Under the pieces are notes generated by a model. It was not told the origin of the DNA and searched no databases. It saw nothing but the letters and a program-made list of their open reading frames with translations. From Lama glama (lineage: Eukaryota), in assembly GCA_028534125.1 (NCBI GenBank), contig CM052816.1:37884001-37948000 (forward strand): 64,000 nucleotides of DNA. Reading direction: 5' to 3'. The position numbers and the translations under genes are program-made. Position 1 is the first letter of the stretch. The number at the start of each line of letters is the position of its first letter. Shown one piece after another: positions 37,526-50,500 of this stretch.

Positions 37526-38390
37526 ATGAAAAGGCAAAGGAACTAGCCTCAATTGAAAGACCAAAAATAAAAAAACCTGAAAAAAATAATGAAACAGGAA
37601 TAAATATTTACCAGATAAAGAATTCAAAACATTGGTAATAAAAATGCTAACTAAATAGGGAAGAGAATTGATCTGAACACTTAAGCCAATAACAAGAAAA
37701 TATAAAAAAGACCCAATCAAAAATAGTTAATTCAATAACTGAGAATTAAAAAAAAAACTCTGTAAGCAATGACTAGCAGATTAAATGACACAGAAGAACA
37801 AATAAATGATCCGAAACATAAAATAATGGAAATCACTGAATCAGAACAGCAGACAGAAAGACAAATGAAAAAAAAAATAGTGCCACATACAAGATCTATG
37901 AGATAATATTAAGTGTGCCAGCATTTGTATTATAGGGGTTCTAAAAGAAGAAAGAGAGAAGGAAGTCAAAAATGTATCTGAAGAAATTATGGCTGAAAAC
38001 GTCCCAAACCTAAAGAAGATATCAGATAACCAGTTACAGAAAGCACAGAATCCAAACAGACCCAAACCAAGATATGTCCTAAATAAAATGGCAAAATTAA
38101 AGCAAGAACTCTAAAGAGAGCAAGATAAAAACAAACATTCATGTACAAGGGAATCCCTATAAGGCTATCAACTTAATTCTCTGCAGAAACCTTTCAGGCT
38201 AGAACGGAGTGGCAAGATAAATTTGAACTGCTGAGAGGGAAAAATCTGCAATGTAGGATACTCTACCCAGCAAAATCAACATTTATAGTAGAAGGAGAGA
38301 TAAAGAACTTCTCAGACAAGCAAAAACTAAAGGAATTCAGTGATACTAAACCTATCCTAAAAGAAATGCTATAAGGTCGTGTCTATGTGG
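37526..38390 (+). pseudogene. L1 ORF1 (RNA-binding protein), disrupted
   Basis: Starts MKRQRN; contains gaagaaattatggctgaaaac (EEIMAEN) and ttctcagacaagcaaaaactaaaggaattc (FSDKQKLKEF); multiple stops and frameshifts. Confidence 0.85.
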
Positions 38391-38855
38391 AAAACTAAGA
38401 ATCCATAGGAAAGGGAAAAAATTCCAACAGGAAAGGCAAATATACAGTGAGGATTGAAGATTTCTTAAATACGTCAGTATATAGATCAAAATGCAAAAAA
38501 AAAAAAAAAATCAAAGCCAACTATAACTATAATAAACAATAAAGGGATATGCATGAAAATGTAAAAGATGACATCAGAAACACAAAAGATTTGGCAGGAG
38601 AGTAAAAAATGTAGACCTTCTGGAATGTGTTTGAATTTAAATGACTATTAGTTTAAATCAAGGAGATATAATTATGGGTCAGCAAATAAGAACCCCATGG
38701 TAACCACAAATCAATAGTCTACAAGCAATACACAAAATCTAAAAAGAAAGAGATCCAAGGATAACTACTAAAGAAAATCATCAAAATACAATGGGAGAAA
38801 CAAAAAGATATGAGTAAAGAAGAATTACAAAAACAACTGGAAAACAAATAATAAA

Positions 38856-41800
38856 ATGACAATAAATATATACTTATTAATAATTACTTTAAATATCAAT
38901 GGGCTAAATGTTCTAATCAAAATATATTGGGTAGATGATTGGATTAAAAAACAAGACAGTTCAATACACTGTCTAAAGAGACTCACTTCAGTGTGAAAGA
39001 CACAGACACTGAAAGTAAAGGAGTGGAAAAAGATATTTAATGCAAACAAACAAAAAGAATGCAGGGGTAGTAATATTTATATCAGACAAAATAGACTTTT
39101 CAAAACAAAGGTTATAATAAAAAACAAAGAAGGAATTATCATAAAGAGATCAACAGAAGAAATTATACTTATTAACTTATATGCACCCAATAAAGGAGCA
39201 CCTAAATATGTAAAGCAAATACTAACATACATAAAGGGAAATACTGATGATAATACAGTAATAGCTGGGGACTTTAACACTCCACTGACATCAATGAACA
39301 GATCATCCAGACAGAAAATCAGTGAGGCAACAGTGGTCTTAAATGACACAATAGACCAGTAGAACTTAATAAATATCTACCAAGACTACAACCAAAAACA
39401 GCATAATACACATTATTTTCAAGTGCGCTCCAGGAGAGATCACTCACTAGGCCACAAAAAAATAAAAGCCTCTACAAGTTTGAGAGGATAGAAAGTATAC
39501 TAAGAATTTTTTCCAACCACAATGGTATAAAGCTAGAATTCAGCTACAGAAAAAAAAAAAAAATGGGAAAATTACAAACACATGGAACTAAACATGAGGA
39601 TGCTAAAAAACCAATTGGTTGATAATGGAATAAAAAAGGAAATCAGAAAATATCTTGAGACAAATAAAAAAGGAAATACAACAAAACTTTCCAAAATCTG
39701 TGGGATGCTATAAAAGTAGGTCTCAGAGGGAAGCTCATAGGGATACAGTGCTTCTTAAAGAAACAAGAAAAATCTCAAATAAACCTACCAACTATAAGAT
39801 TTAGAAAAGGGAGAACAAAGTAGAAAGTCAGGAGAAGGAAAGAAATAAAGATCAGGGAAGAAATAAATAAAATAAAGATTTTAAAAATTGAAAAGATCGA
39901 TGCAACAAAGAGCTGGGTTTTTTTAAAAGATAAAAATTAATAAACCTATAGACAAGCTCACCAAGAAAAGAGAACAAATAAATACGAAATGAAAGAGGAG
40001 AAATAACCGATACCACAGAGATACAAATTACAAGTGAATACTGTCAAAACATATGCCAACAAATGGGACAACCTTGAAGAAATGGACAAACTTCTGGAAA
40101 TATACAACCAAACAAGACTGAGTCAAGAAGAAAGCAGACAATTTGAACAGACCAATTACTAGAAGTGAAATTTAATGTTAAAAAAAAAATCCAGGCAAAC
40201 AAAAGTTCAAGACTGGATGGCTTCATGGGGATATTCTACCAAACATTTAACAAAGGAATTACACCCATCATTTTTAAACTATTTTGAAAAACTGAAGAGG
40301 AAGGAACACTCCCAAACTAGTTCTACAAGGCCATCATTACCCTGATATCAAAACTGACAAAGATACAATGAAAAATTTACAAGCCAGTATCTTTGATAAA
40401 CATAAATACAAAATTCTCCAACAAAATATTAGCAAACTGAATCTAACAATATATAAAAAGGATCATACAACATGATCAAGTTGGGTTTATTACAGCATCA
40501 CAATTACGGTTCTTCATTTACAAATAAATCAAAGTGATACACCACACTGACAAGGGATAAAAATCACATGATCATATCAACTGATGCAGAAAAAAAGTGA
40601 CAAAATTTAACATCTATTCATGATAAAAACTCTGATCACAGTGGGTCTTGAGGAAACACACATCAAGAGAATTAAGACTATTTATGACAAACCCACAGCC
40701 AACATAATTCTCAACAGTGAAAAACTGAAAGCCTTTAGCTAAATTCAGGAACAAGACAAGGAAGCACACTCTTGTCACTTCAATTTAACATAGTGTTGGA
40801 AGTCCTAGAAACAGCAAGCAGGCAAGAAAAAGAAATATAAAATATCCAATTTGGAAGGCAAGAATTCAAACTGTAACTGTTTGCAGATGACATGATACCC
40901 TGAAGTCTCCACCCAAAACTATTAGAACTAATAAATAAATTCGGCAATGTTGCAGGATACGGGACGAATACACAATCTGTTGTGTTTCTACACACTAACA
41001 ACGAAATATCAGAATGAGAAAGTTAAAAAAAAAAAAAACCACTTAAAATCACAACAAAAAGGATAAAATTCCTAGCAGTAAACTTAAACAAGGAGGTGAA
41101 GAACCTATACTCTGAAAACTATAGAACACTGATAAAGAAACTGACAATGATTCAAAGAAATGGAAAGATATCATATGCTCTTGAATTGGAAGAATTAATG
41201 TTGTTAAAATGTGCATACTACTCAAAGCAATCTGCAGATTTAACACCATTCCTATCTAAATACCCATGACATTTTTCACAGAGCTAGAAGAAATAATCCT
41301 ATAATTCATATGGAACCACAAAAGACAACAGCTCAACAAAGCATCTTGAGAAAAAAGCAAAAAGCTGGAGGTATAACCCTCTCAGACTTCTGACTGTACT
41401 ACAAAGCTGCAGTGCTCAAAACAGCATAATACTGGCACAAAAACAGACACATAAGTCAATGGAACCAAAGAGAGAGGTCAGACATAACCCCATACACCTG
41501 TAGTCAATTAATCTACAACAAAGGAGGAAAGAATATGCAATGGAGAAAAGACAGTCTCTTCAACAAGCGGTGGTGGGAAAACTGGACAGCCACATGAGAT
41601 TATAACAATGAGATTAGAAAATTCCTTCACACCATATACAAAATTAACTCTAAGGGGCAGGATATAACTCAAGTGGTAGATCACAAGCTTGGTGTGCATG
41701 GGGTCCTGGGTTCAATTCCTAGTACCTTCTCTAAAAACAAACAAACCTAGTTACCTCCCTCGGAACAAACACAAAAACAAAAAATTAAATATAACAAATA

Positions 41801-42733
41801 AATAAATAAATAAACTCTGGTTTAGAGACCTAACTAGAGAATATTAATAGAACACTCTTTGACATAAATCATAACAATATTTTTTGGATCTGTCTCCTAA
41901 GGCAAAAGAAATAAAAGCAAAATTAAATTATACATAACTAAATTTAAAAGCTTTTGCATTGCAAAGGAAACCATCAACAAAGTGAACAGACAACCTACAG
42001 AATGGGAGAAAAATTTGCAAATAATGTGACCAAAAAAGGATTAATATCCAAAATATACAGACATCCCATACAACTCAATTATTAAAAAAAAATCAAAAAA
42101 GGGTAGAAAATTTGAATATATATTGTTTCCAAAGAAGACATACAGATGGCTAACAGGCCCATGAAAATATGCTCAATATCACTAATTAACTGGGAAATGC
42201 AGATCAAAAACATCAATGAGATATCACTTAACCCGTCAGAATAGCTATCATCAAAAAGTTTACAAATAACAAATATTGGAGAGGATGTGGATAAAAGAGA
42301 ACCCTTTTATACTTGTGGTGGGAATGTAAACTGGTGCAGTTACCATGCAAAACAGTACAAGTGTCCTTAAGAAACTAAAAACAGAACTACCCTGTATGAT
42401 CCAGCAATTCCACTCCTGTGTATGTATTCAGAACATCATAAAAACCCTAATTTGAAAAGATATATGCACCCCAGCATTCATAAGAGCATTACGTACAATA
42501 GCCAAGACAAAGAAGCAACGGAAGTGCCCAACAGACAGATGGATAAATAAGATGTGTATATATAAACTAGAATATTACTCAGCCATAGAAAAAGAATGGA
42601 ATTCTGCCATTTTCAGCCATATGGACGAAAATATAGGGAATTCATTCAGCCATATAGGAAATATTATCCTTAGTGAAATAAATCAGACAGAGAAAGACAA
42701 ATACTGTATGTTATCACTTACATGTGGAATCTA
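38856..42733 (+). pseudogene. L1 ORF2 (endonuclease / reverse transcriptase), disrupted
   Basis: EN motifs ITLNINGL, NLYAPN, IAGDFNTPL; RT motif LFADDMI; C-terminus ILSEINQTEKDKYCM (ORF 42552-42734). No long open frame remains. Confidence 0.9.
41654..41807 (+). mobile_element. tRNA-derived SINE, camelid Vic-1-like
   Basis: ggggcaggatataactcaagtggtaga (A box) ... ggttcaattcc (B box, 41709-41719) ... aaacctagttacctccc, then an A-rich/(TAAA)n tail. Near-TSD aaattaactct (41641) / aaataaactct (41808). Confidence 0.85.
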
Positions 42734-44224
42734 AAAAATAATACAAATGAGTGTATATACAAAATAGAAGCAGACCCACAGATAACAAATGCGGTTACCA
42801 AGGGTGGAGGTGGAAGTGGGGAGGGACAAATTAGGGATACGGGATTAACAGATACAAATTACTATGTGTAAAATAGATAAGCAACAAGGATATATTTATA
42901 GCATAGATAATTATAGCCATTATCTTGTAATAATCTATAATGCAGTATAATTTGCAAAAAAACCTGAAACACTATGCTGTACATCTGAAACTAATACTGT
43001 AAATCTACTTCAATAAAAAACATAAGACGCAATAAATTGTTGAATAAAAGCAACTATGTAACCCATTAAAATATGCTGTTAATGAAAGAGAAAAAGGATA
43101 TATTTAAGTAAATCCTTGAAAGCTTGCTTAGAAGAAGGAAAATTGAGAGCATGGAAGTAATATATGCATGATGGACAGAGGGACAGTGTTCACTTTTTTA
43201 GCTTTCCATTTAAAAGTAAGAAGGCATGATGACGGTATCACTGAGAAAATAAAGCTTTCTCTTTAAGAAAAAAAAGTAATAGCTAGATACTGACATGAAA
43301 TGCATGTATGTGAGTATTCAGAGGGGAGGTTTCCTATCATAAGGCTGTGGTGTGGTTGAATAACATATTTCCATTATGCTGATGAGAAAGGATCTTTAAA
43401 CAGATAGAGAGTCTATTGAAAGAATGAAATTATGCTTCACAGTGTTCATAAGCATAGGGCAAAAGACTCACAGGTAGAGTGAGTACATTTCCTCCTTGCT
43501 CTTCCTAATTCAGGTAGAGGCTTTGCCTACAGAATAGACAGAGGTGAAAAAATACAGTATTTTTTTCAAATTTAATATTCAGATTCTAGTTGATAGTCAA
43601 AGAAAATCTGCACTTATGCTAGGTTATTCATAGGCTTCTCTTATTTTGTTACCTAAACATTTATCTAAAACTAATTTCATATAAATCTGCTAAAAAGAAT
43701 GTTAACAGAATTTAACTTGACTTGAATGTGGTACCATTATTCACAATATGACTAACTCCATAATACAAGTAGGCAAGTTAGAATCGCAAGCTCCAAATAG
43801 CGTTTTGTGCATTTCCTTACTTTGGAAACATCCACACAGGTATCATTTATTATCACACACAGTTATCATTACCATCTCCTCTTCTGAACCCCAATATTTT
43901 ATTGCTTTCTATGATATTCCAATTCTTAAATATGATATTGATATTTTAGTTTGCTCTATGTGGATAATAAGAATCAACTTGGAATTTGAACATCACAAGA
44001 AAAATAAAAATTGGCTTCATTTTATATTATCTTCTGTTTTCATTTTATGACTTCATAAAATTGTCTTGATTTCTCAAAATAGAGGTTTTAGTTAACTTTG
44101 AAGTGGTCATTTAAATTAAAATGGCTCCTTAATTACTTGAAACTCCTCAGATACTGGAAGCACAGAAAGAAAAGAGTTAGGGTTTAAGTGAAGTTGAACA
44201 TCATATTAAGCTCAATGGTGCTTT

Positions 44225-44615
44225 TGGAAAGCATTCCTATAAGGAAGTTATGCCTCACGATGCAGACTCTCAAGTTAGAGATTAGCATGGAGAAAGTTTA
44301 TGAAAAAGTGATCTTGATCTCACCACCTGTGAAAGACAAGGAAAAGGAACAGAGTTGGCCAGAGGGACATGGAGGGTGATGATGCAGTCTTAATGAAGCT
44401 TTCAGATGTCACCAAAAGGAAATACAACATTATTGTGGACTACTGGGATTTTCCCATGGCAGTCATTGGATGTGAGCTAATCTGAGATGGGAATATAACC
44501 TTGGGAAAGGCAATTCTTTTCAGCCAAGATAATTGCTGAGAATGCTGACAGCTGAGGAATATTCCCAACTTTAATCCTGAAGATAAATCTGGATGGCTCA
44601 TCAGTGTTGAATATA
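44225..44615 (-). mobile_element. LTR16-like ERVL LTR (3' LTR of the adjacent internal remnant)
   Basis: gcagactctcaagttagagattagcatggagaaagtttatg...caccacctgtgaaag...ggccagagggac...tgatgcagtc resembles the LTR16 reverse strand; boundaries are approximate. Confidence 0.65.
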
Positions 44616-47600
44616 ATCATCTCTTTGCGCAGCTCACCAGCTCCTCTAGAATTCTAGCTGTGCAAACTTACAATGGAAATGTTAGCAGGAAAAAATGTAA
44701 CTACACGGTCCCAGCTGATCTTAGCATAAAAAAAAAAAAAAACACTCTCATTCCTCTAGCAGCTACTTTATATTCTACTCACCCTTTGTCAGTACCTTTG
44801 CTGGTTTAGGTGGCATAATCCAGACCCTTACATCTAAGGGATCTGAGCTCCTGATCACTATGCCCTTCTGAGTCTCTAACTAGTGCATGTGCATATTTAC
44901 TACCAATACTGAGCAAGGGAGTACTACAGGTGGCCCACATGAATCATTTGGGTGTCTAACATTATTATTTTTTGCTCACATTGTGTAACAGCAGCCCTTA
45001 CTGTCAATCTGTTGATGTTAAAAGTAAATTGTCAAGACGGCAAATCTCTTTCTTGCCAATTAATTCCACAGCTATAAAAGCCTCAGTTACCCAGGTGGCA
45101 ATCATAACTTAACAGCTCAATGGAATTCTCGATGTTTCTGTGATGGAAACATTACTCGCTTTGAGAATCAATATCTGTAATCCCAAATAGCTCAGAGTTG
45201 TAGTGAAGCAAGCATTTTTCCAATGGGTCACTGAAAGTTACACAAGCAGGGTCATTCCAGCTTCTGCCATGCAGTTCCTAGTCCTGTGTTTTATACCTAT
45301 TGGAGACAGAATACCGAACAAAATTTGTTGACTTCAAGTATACACTAGAAGGTGATTTTTCTCCTTCTCCAAGGATTGTACCTGAACTATCACCTCAGCT
45401 ATTCCTTCAACAGACTGTTCAATTGCTCCACGTTTGGAAGCTTTGGGATATTACGGTATTCAAAATGATTACTAGATTATTTGATAGTTTTCCCACTCCC
45501 ATACGTCTTGCTAGGAAGAGGGTCTGCTGGTCTTATGCAATACCATGTTTGTGGATCAAATATTCACTGTCAGATACTGGTATTGGCTTGCAAATTAATA
45601 TCTGGAATGAGTATCTACTCCTGTCAAAATGACTCACTTCCCCTGCATGTGGAAAGGGTCCAATATTATCAGCTTACCACTAAATGGATGATTGGTTTCC
45701 TTTTTGTATGGTATCGTACTGGGAACTCAGCTTTTGTATCTCTTATGAGAAAGTCGAACAACTGGCTGTAGCAGTAGTTAGGTCCGCCCTGGAAAATAGG
45801 AGCCTACGCTTCTGGTTTACGTATTGTAGAGCCACTATCCTTGCCTCATAACAACTTTTTTATGCACCCATTGTCACAGCACTGAAGTGGGCAGTGACAG
45901 AGACCTATTAAGATTGACCACTGGAATCACTTGTCTACTTTATTGTTTAGTGACTCTTCTGTGGTAGATACTCTCAGATGGGTGTTAACATACAATGAAA
46001 ATATTTTCACCGTAAGAACTGCTTTTCATCTATCAATCTACATATCTCTAGAGTTTGTTTCTTCTTATCTTTTTTACATTTTTCTTTCCAAGCACTACAC
46101 CAGGCAGTCAAGCTGGTGTGTGCATGAATGTGTGCATATTTTAACTTCCGACCACTCTTCCCTCCCCATGGGTACAACACGTAAGCTCTACTCAGTTTGA
46201 GAATTTCCCACGAAGCACTGTGTTTCAAGGTCAACTCTTGATGGGGCAGTATTGTGGTCACTGTCCTTTACTGGCTTCAACCCACCAAGTTAATCCATCT
46301 GTGAACCAAATTTAGGTGTTGCCTCTCTGTCAGCTGGTCATAAGGGACCAATCTTTTGTATTCATAGGTGTGGATTCAATAGGCAGGCACGGAGGCAACA
46401 GTAGATGACATGGGAGTCGGGGATAAAAATCTGTTCATGAAGCTTATTTGCAGCCTCTGGCCCTGCTCATGCTTGATCCTTAAACAACTGCTAACTTATG
46501 GTTGCTTGCTGCTGAGCCTGTCCATCTTTATGACTATGAATATGCAAGTCTGTTAGACATCAGCTCAAAACAGACCATTCTGGCTGCATGGTTCCTTGGT
46601 GTACTGTGGTCAGTCAGTCTATCTTTACCAGGGCTTTGTAGCCCACAGTGGCTTTCTTTTCAAATATTTGTATTTACTAAAGATGACCTGCACTAATTTC
46701 AAAACTTTAAGGATAAGTATCGTGATTCTCCCACCGGGGCTTGCCATACATTTATCTCTTGATGTCTTTTCCCAGTATTGAAAAATCTGAAAGCACTGGG
46801 TTTGCTGGAGCACACGGCTGAAGCTGCTGGGCCACTTGCACTGCACTTTGGACCTGTTGTAAAGTAATATCCTCCTCAAGCCTGAAACCTGGAAGTCTTC
46901 TGTATCACCTAGTTTATGGGTTAGAACAGTATCCTCAAGTAGAACCCAAAGAGTTCTAACAGACATTGTACGTAATTCTTTGTGGTGGGAGGGTTAAAGT
47001 AAAACAATATAAACCCTTTATTTTAGAAGGATAATTTGGCAAACCCAGACTCCTGGACGCTAACATAATCACTTGATACAACAGATACTTGAAATCTCGT
47101 AAGATTTACCCCTCACTCACTGGGGTATGTATGCTTTACCAACTACTCAAAAGCATTAGTCACTTCTTCTTCATCCTGTGAAATTTGAGATTGTGAATAT
47201 TCTGGCTCAGCGTGATAGTCAGTAGAATGCCAGGCTGATACAAGTTTTTGGAATACGTGTTTGCAAGGACTGTGGGAGACCAGTAGTAAGACTGTAAATA
47301 TATACTATGTTCCATTCTAGCTGCATCTGAAATGTTTTGATCATCTTTTCTGATGAAGATGGCAAACAACGCATTTTCCAGGTCATGACAATTCTGCCTT
47401 AGCAAAAATATCAAAAAGGGAACACCTGCAATAGGGGCTATGATTTTGGTGATTTTTCCCATAGTCCATTTACATCCTCCAGATTTGTTTGGTTTTTGTA
47501 AGGGACAGACAGACAAACTAAATGGTAGGATCGCTCTCTTAGCATCCTTTAGATTTTCAAGGGTAGCACTGATTTCTGTCTTTGCTCCCAAAATCTTATA

Positions 47601-48130
47601 TTGCTTTTTATTTTCTATTTTGGCTCACGACACAGAATTTTCAAGGTTTTCCAACTGGCTTTCCCCAAAATGAAAGTTCTTAACCACAATTCCCAAACTT
47701 CCCCCTTCAAAAAAACATTATATATATATATATTATCATCAAGTATATGCAATCCAATTATACATTTATACATTCTAGTACTAGGAGAATACCCACTCCA
47801 TGTGTCCACAAATCTAATGTGAGCTGGACCTGAACCACAACTCCACTGACCACCTTGTTCCCGTATGATTATTCTTTATTAAGGAACCAATGATAATGCT
47901 TCAGATCCCTAGATATCACTGTTAACAAGGAACCCGTACCAAACAGTTCTGAAAATTACAGTTTCCTTTTTTACCAAATGTATTGTTACCCAAATAAATG
48001 GTAAATATCCCAGTGGGGGTAGACTGGGAGAATGATTACCATGTATTCTTGTCATTGTGTTTGAGGGTTCTTCAATCAATGGTTTCCATGTTTGAAAACT
48101 GTATTACATTCTGAATCAAGAGATTATGAC
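44616..48130 (-). mobile_element. ERVL-class (ERV3-16A3-like) internal remnant: protease-RT-(RNaseH)-integrase-dUTPase
   Basis: Minus-strand translations: GTGSLLTVISRDLKH (about 47890-47943, protease); EISATLENLKDA...PLQKP...IIAPIAGVP...DLENALFAI (ORF 47160-47591, RT); VEQLNSLLKE (about 45400-45430, integrase); IPLS/KL*LPPG (about 45085-45130, dUTPase). Confidence 0.85.
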
Positions 48131-48154
48131 CATGTTCTTTTCTTCTTCTTCTTT

Positions 48155-50500
48155 TTTTAATAGTATAGATTGACAAAATTTGCAAAAGTAATATGGGGAG
48201 GTCCTGTATACATTTATCCTAGTTTTCTCCAATGGTAACATCGTACATAATTATAGTACAATGTCAACCCTCGGACTATTTGGGGAACAATGTGTTTTTA
48301 TAGCTCTGTGTTTTTTGTCATATGTCAATATTTGTGTAACTACAACCACAATCAAGACATAGAACCTTCTATCGCCCAAGATCTCCCTCACGCTACCCCT
48401 TTATAGTTACACCTCCCCTTTTCCTCAACATTCCAACCTTTGAAATCCACTAATCTGTTTTCCATCTTTGTGATTTTATCATTTTTTAACATTGACTTAT
48501 TGAGGGACATTTTGGTTGTTACCTATTTTTGGTGTTTTAAAAATGAGGCTATTACAAAAGTTGTGTACAAGTGTTATGTGAAAATAATTTTCATTTCTGT
48601 GGGATAAAAATTAAGAGTAAAATGCAGAATTTTATGGCAAATGTGTGTTTTTCTTATAAAACCACTAACTAATTACCCCATAGTTGCTGTATCATTTTAT
48701 ATTCCTACCAACAATATATGAGAGTTTGTAAGAGATCCAATTTTCCACATCCTTGTCAGCATTTATACTGTCAGATTTCACTCCTCTTTCTCCTAGCTCT
48801 TCATCTGTCTCTCCCTGTCTCTCTCTCTCTGCTATTCAAGGAGTGTGTAGTGATTTTTCATGGTTAATCCTAATTTGCAGCTCCCTAATAGCTACTAGCA
48901 ATGTTGAAGATCTTTTCCTGTGTTTATATGTCATCTGTATGCTCTCTTTGAATTTTTTTAATTGTTAAATTTTGAGATTTATATATTCTAAATACAAGTG
49001 TTTTGCCAGATACGTGGTTTGCAAGTACCTTTTCTGGATCTACAGCTTTTTTCATTCTCTTAACAGTCCTTTGTAGATCAAAAGTTTTTTTATTTTGATG
49101 AAGTCAAATTTATCAGTTTCCTTTTATGGAGTATGATTTTGGTGTCTAGTTCAAGAACTCTCTCCTAGCTCTATACATGAAGATATATAATTTATAGCTT
49201 TACAAATGGGACCTATTCAAACTTATAAAGCTTTTGCACAGCAAAGGAAATCATCAACAAAATGAAAAGACAACCTACTGATGGGGAGAAAACATTTGCA
49301 AATGATGTGACTGACAAGGGATTAATTTTCAAAATACACAAACAGTTCATACAAATCAGTATTAAAAAAACAAACAAACAAACAAACAAAAAAATGGGCA
49401 GAAGACCTAAATAGACATTTCTCCAAAGAATACCTACAGATGCTCAGGAGGCACATGAAAATATGTTCCATATCACTAATTAGAGAAATGAAAATCAAAA
49501 CTACAATGAGGTATCACCTCACACCAGTCAGAATGGCCATCATCAAAAAGTGTACAAATAATAAACACTAGAGAGTGTGTGGAGCAAAGGGAATGTAGGA
49601 ACATAAATTGGTGCAGCCCCTATGGAAAAGAGTCTGAAGATGCCTTAAAAACTAAAAATAATGTTACCATATGATCCAGCAATTCCATTCCTGAGCATAT
49701 ATCCAGAAAAAACAAAAACTTTAATTCAAAAAGATATATGCATACCAATGTTCATAGCAGCACTATTCATAAAGCCAAGATACGGAAGCAACTTAAATGT
49801 CCACTGACAGATGAACGAATAAAAAAAGATGTTACACATACACACAATGTTATATTACTCAGCCATAAAAAAAAATATTGCCATTTGCTGCAATTTGAAT
49901 GGACCTCAAGGTTATCATACTAAGTGAATTAAGTCAGGCAAAGAAAGACAAATGTTATATCACTTATATGTGGAATCAAAAAAAAATCAATCTGTTTACA
50001 AAACAGAAAGAGACAGGCAGAAAACAAATTTATGGTTACTAAAGGGGAAAGTGGAGGGGTAGGGATAAATTAGGAATATGGATTAATAGATACACACCAC
50101 TATATATAAAATAGATAAACAAGGATTTACTATATAGAACATGGAACTATATTCAGACTCTTGTAATAACCTGTAATGGAGAAGAACATGAAGCTGTACA
50201 CCTGAAACTAACAATGTTGTAAATCAACTATAGTTAAATTTTAAAAATAAAAAATAAGATGCATATTTTTTCATCGAACATTAAGTCAATATTACATTGT
50301 AAAGTTCTTTTTTAAGTAAGAAGTTTCATTAAAGGTTTATCTTGCCTACAAATATCCAATTACTCCAACAATATTTTTTGAAAAGATTATCTTTTCTCCA
50401 CCATATTGTGTTTGCACCTGTATCATAAATCAGTTGGCTATATTTCTGTAAGGATATTTCTCACTTGTCTTTTTTATTCCATAGATCTAAGTGCCTAACT
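48155..50500 (-). mobile_element. Ancient L1 (L1MC/MD-like) 3' part, split by a younger L1
   Basis: Antisense 3' UTR ttctccaatggtaacatcgtacataattatagtacaatgtcaac; attttgatgaagtcaaatttatcag; resumes at about 50280 with tatccaattactccaacaatattttttgaaaagattatc. Confidence 0.8.
49202..50257 (+). mobile_element. 5'-truncated younger L1 (ORF2 end and 3' UTR)
   Basis: acaaatgggaccta...gcttttgcacagcaaaggaaa...aatgaggtatcacctcacaccagtcagaatggcc...gctgtacacctgaaactaacaatgttgtaaatcaacta, then an A-rich tail; closely parallels 19123-20200. Confidence 0.95.

Larger units (their letters stand above)
36230..43020 (+). mobile_element. Full-length but inactivated L1 (about 6.8 kb including a SINE insertion)
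   Basis: 5' start ggaagatagcaaagtaagaagacatggacctcacctcc; GC-richer 5' UTR; ORF1 ATG at 37526; ORF2 ATG at 38856; RT core ctgtttgcagatgacatgata (LFADDMI) at 40877; ends cttcaataaaaaa. Confidence 0.95.

Noticed and set aside
41654..41725. tRNA gene
   Set aside because: The A and B boxes belong to a SINE head: it has a SINE body, an A-rich tail and a TSD, and lacks a proper acceptor stem.
36210..43030. TSD for the full-length L1 (aaaaatatataaaaggc / aaaaaacataagacgc)
   Set aside because: Plausible, but it needs a gap and several mismatches in A-rich sequence, so I do not claim it.
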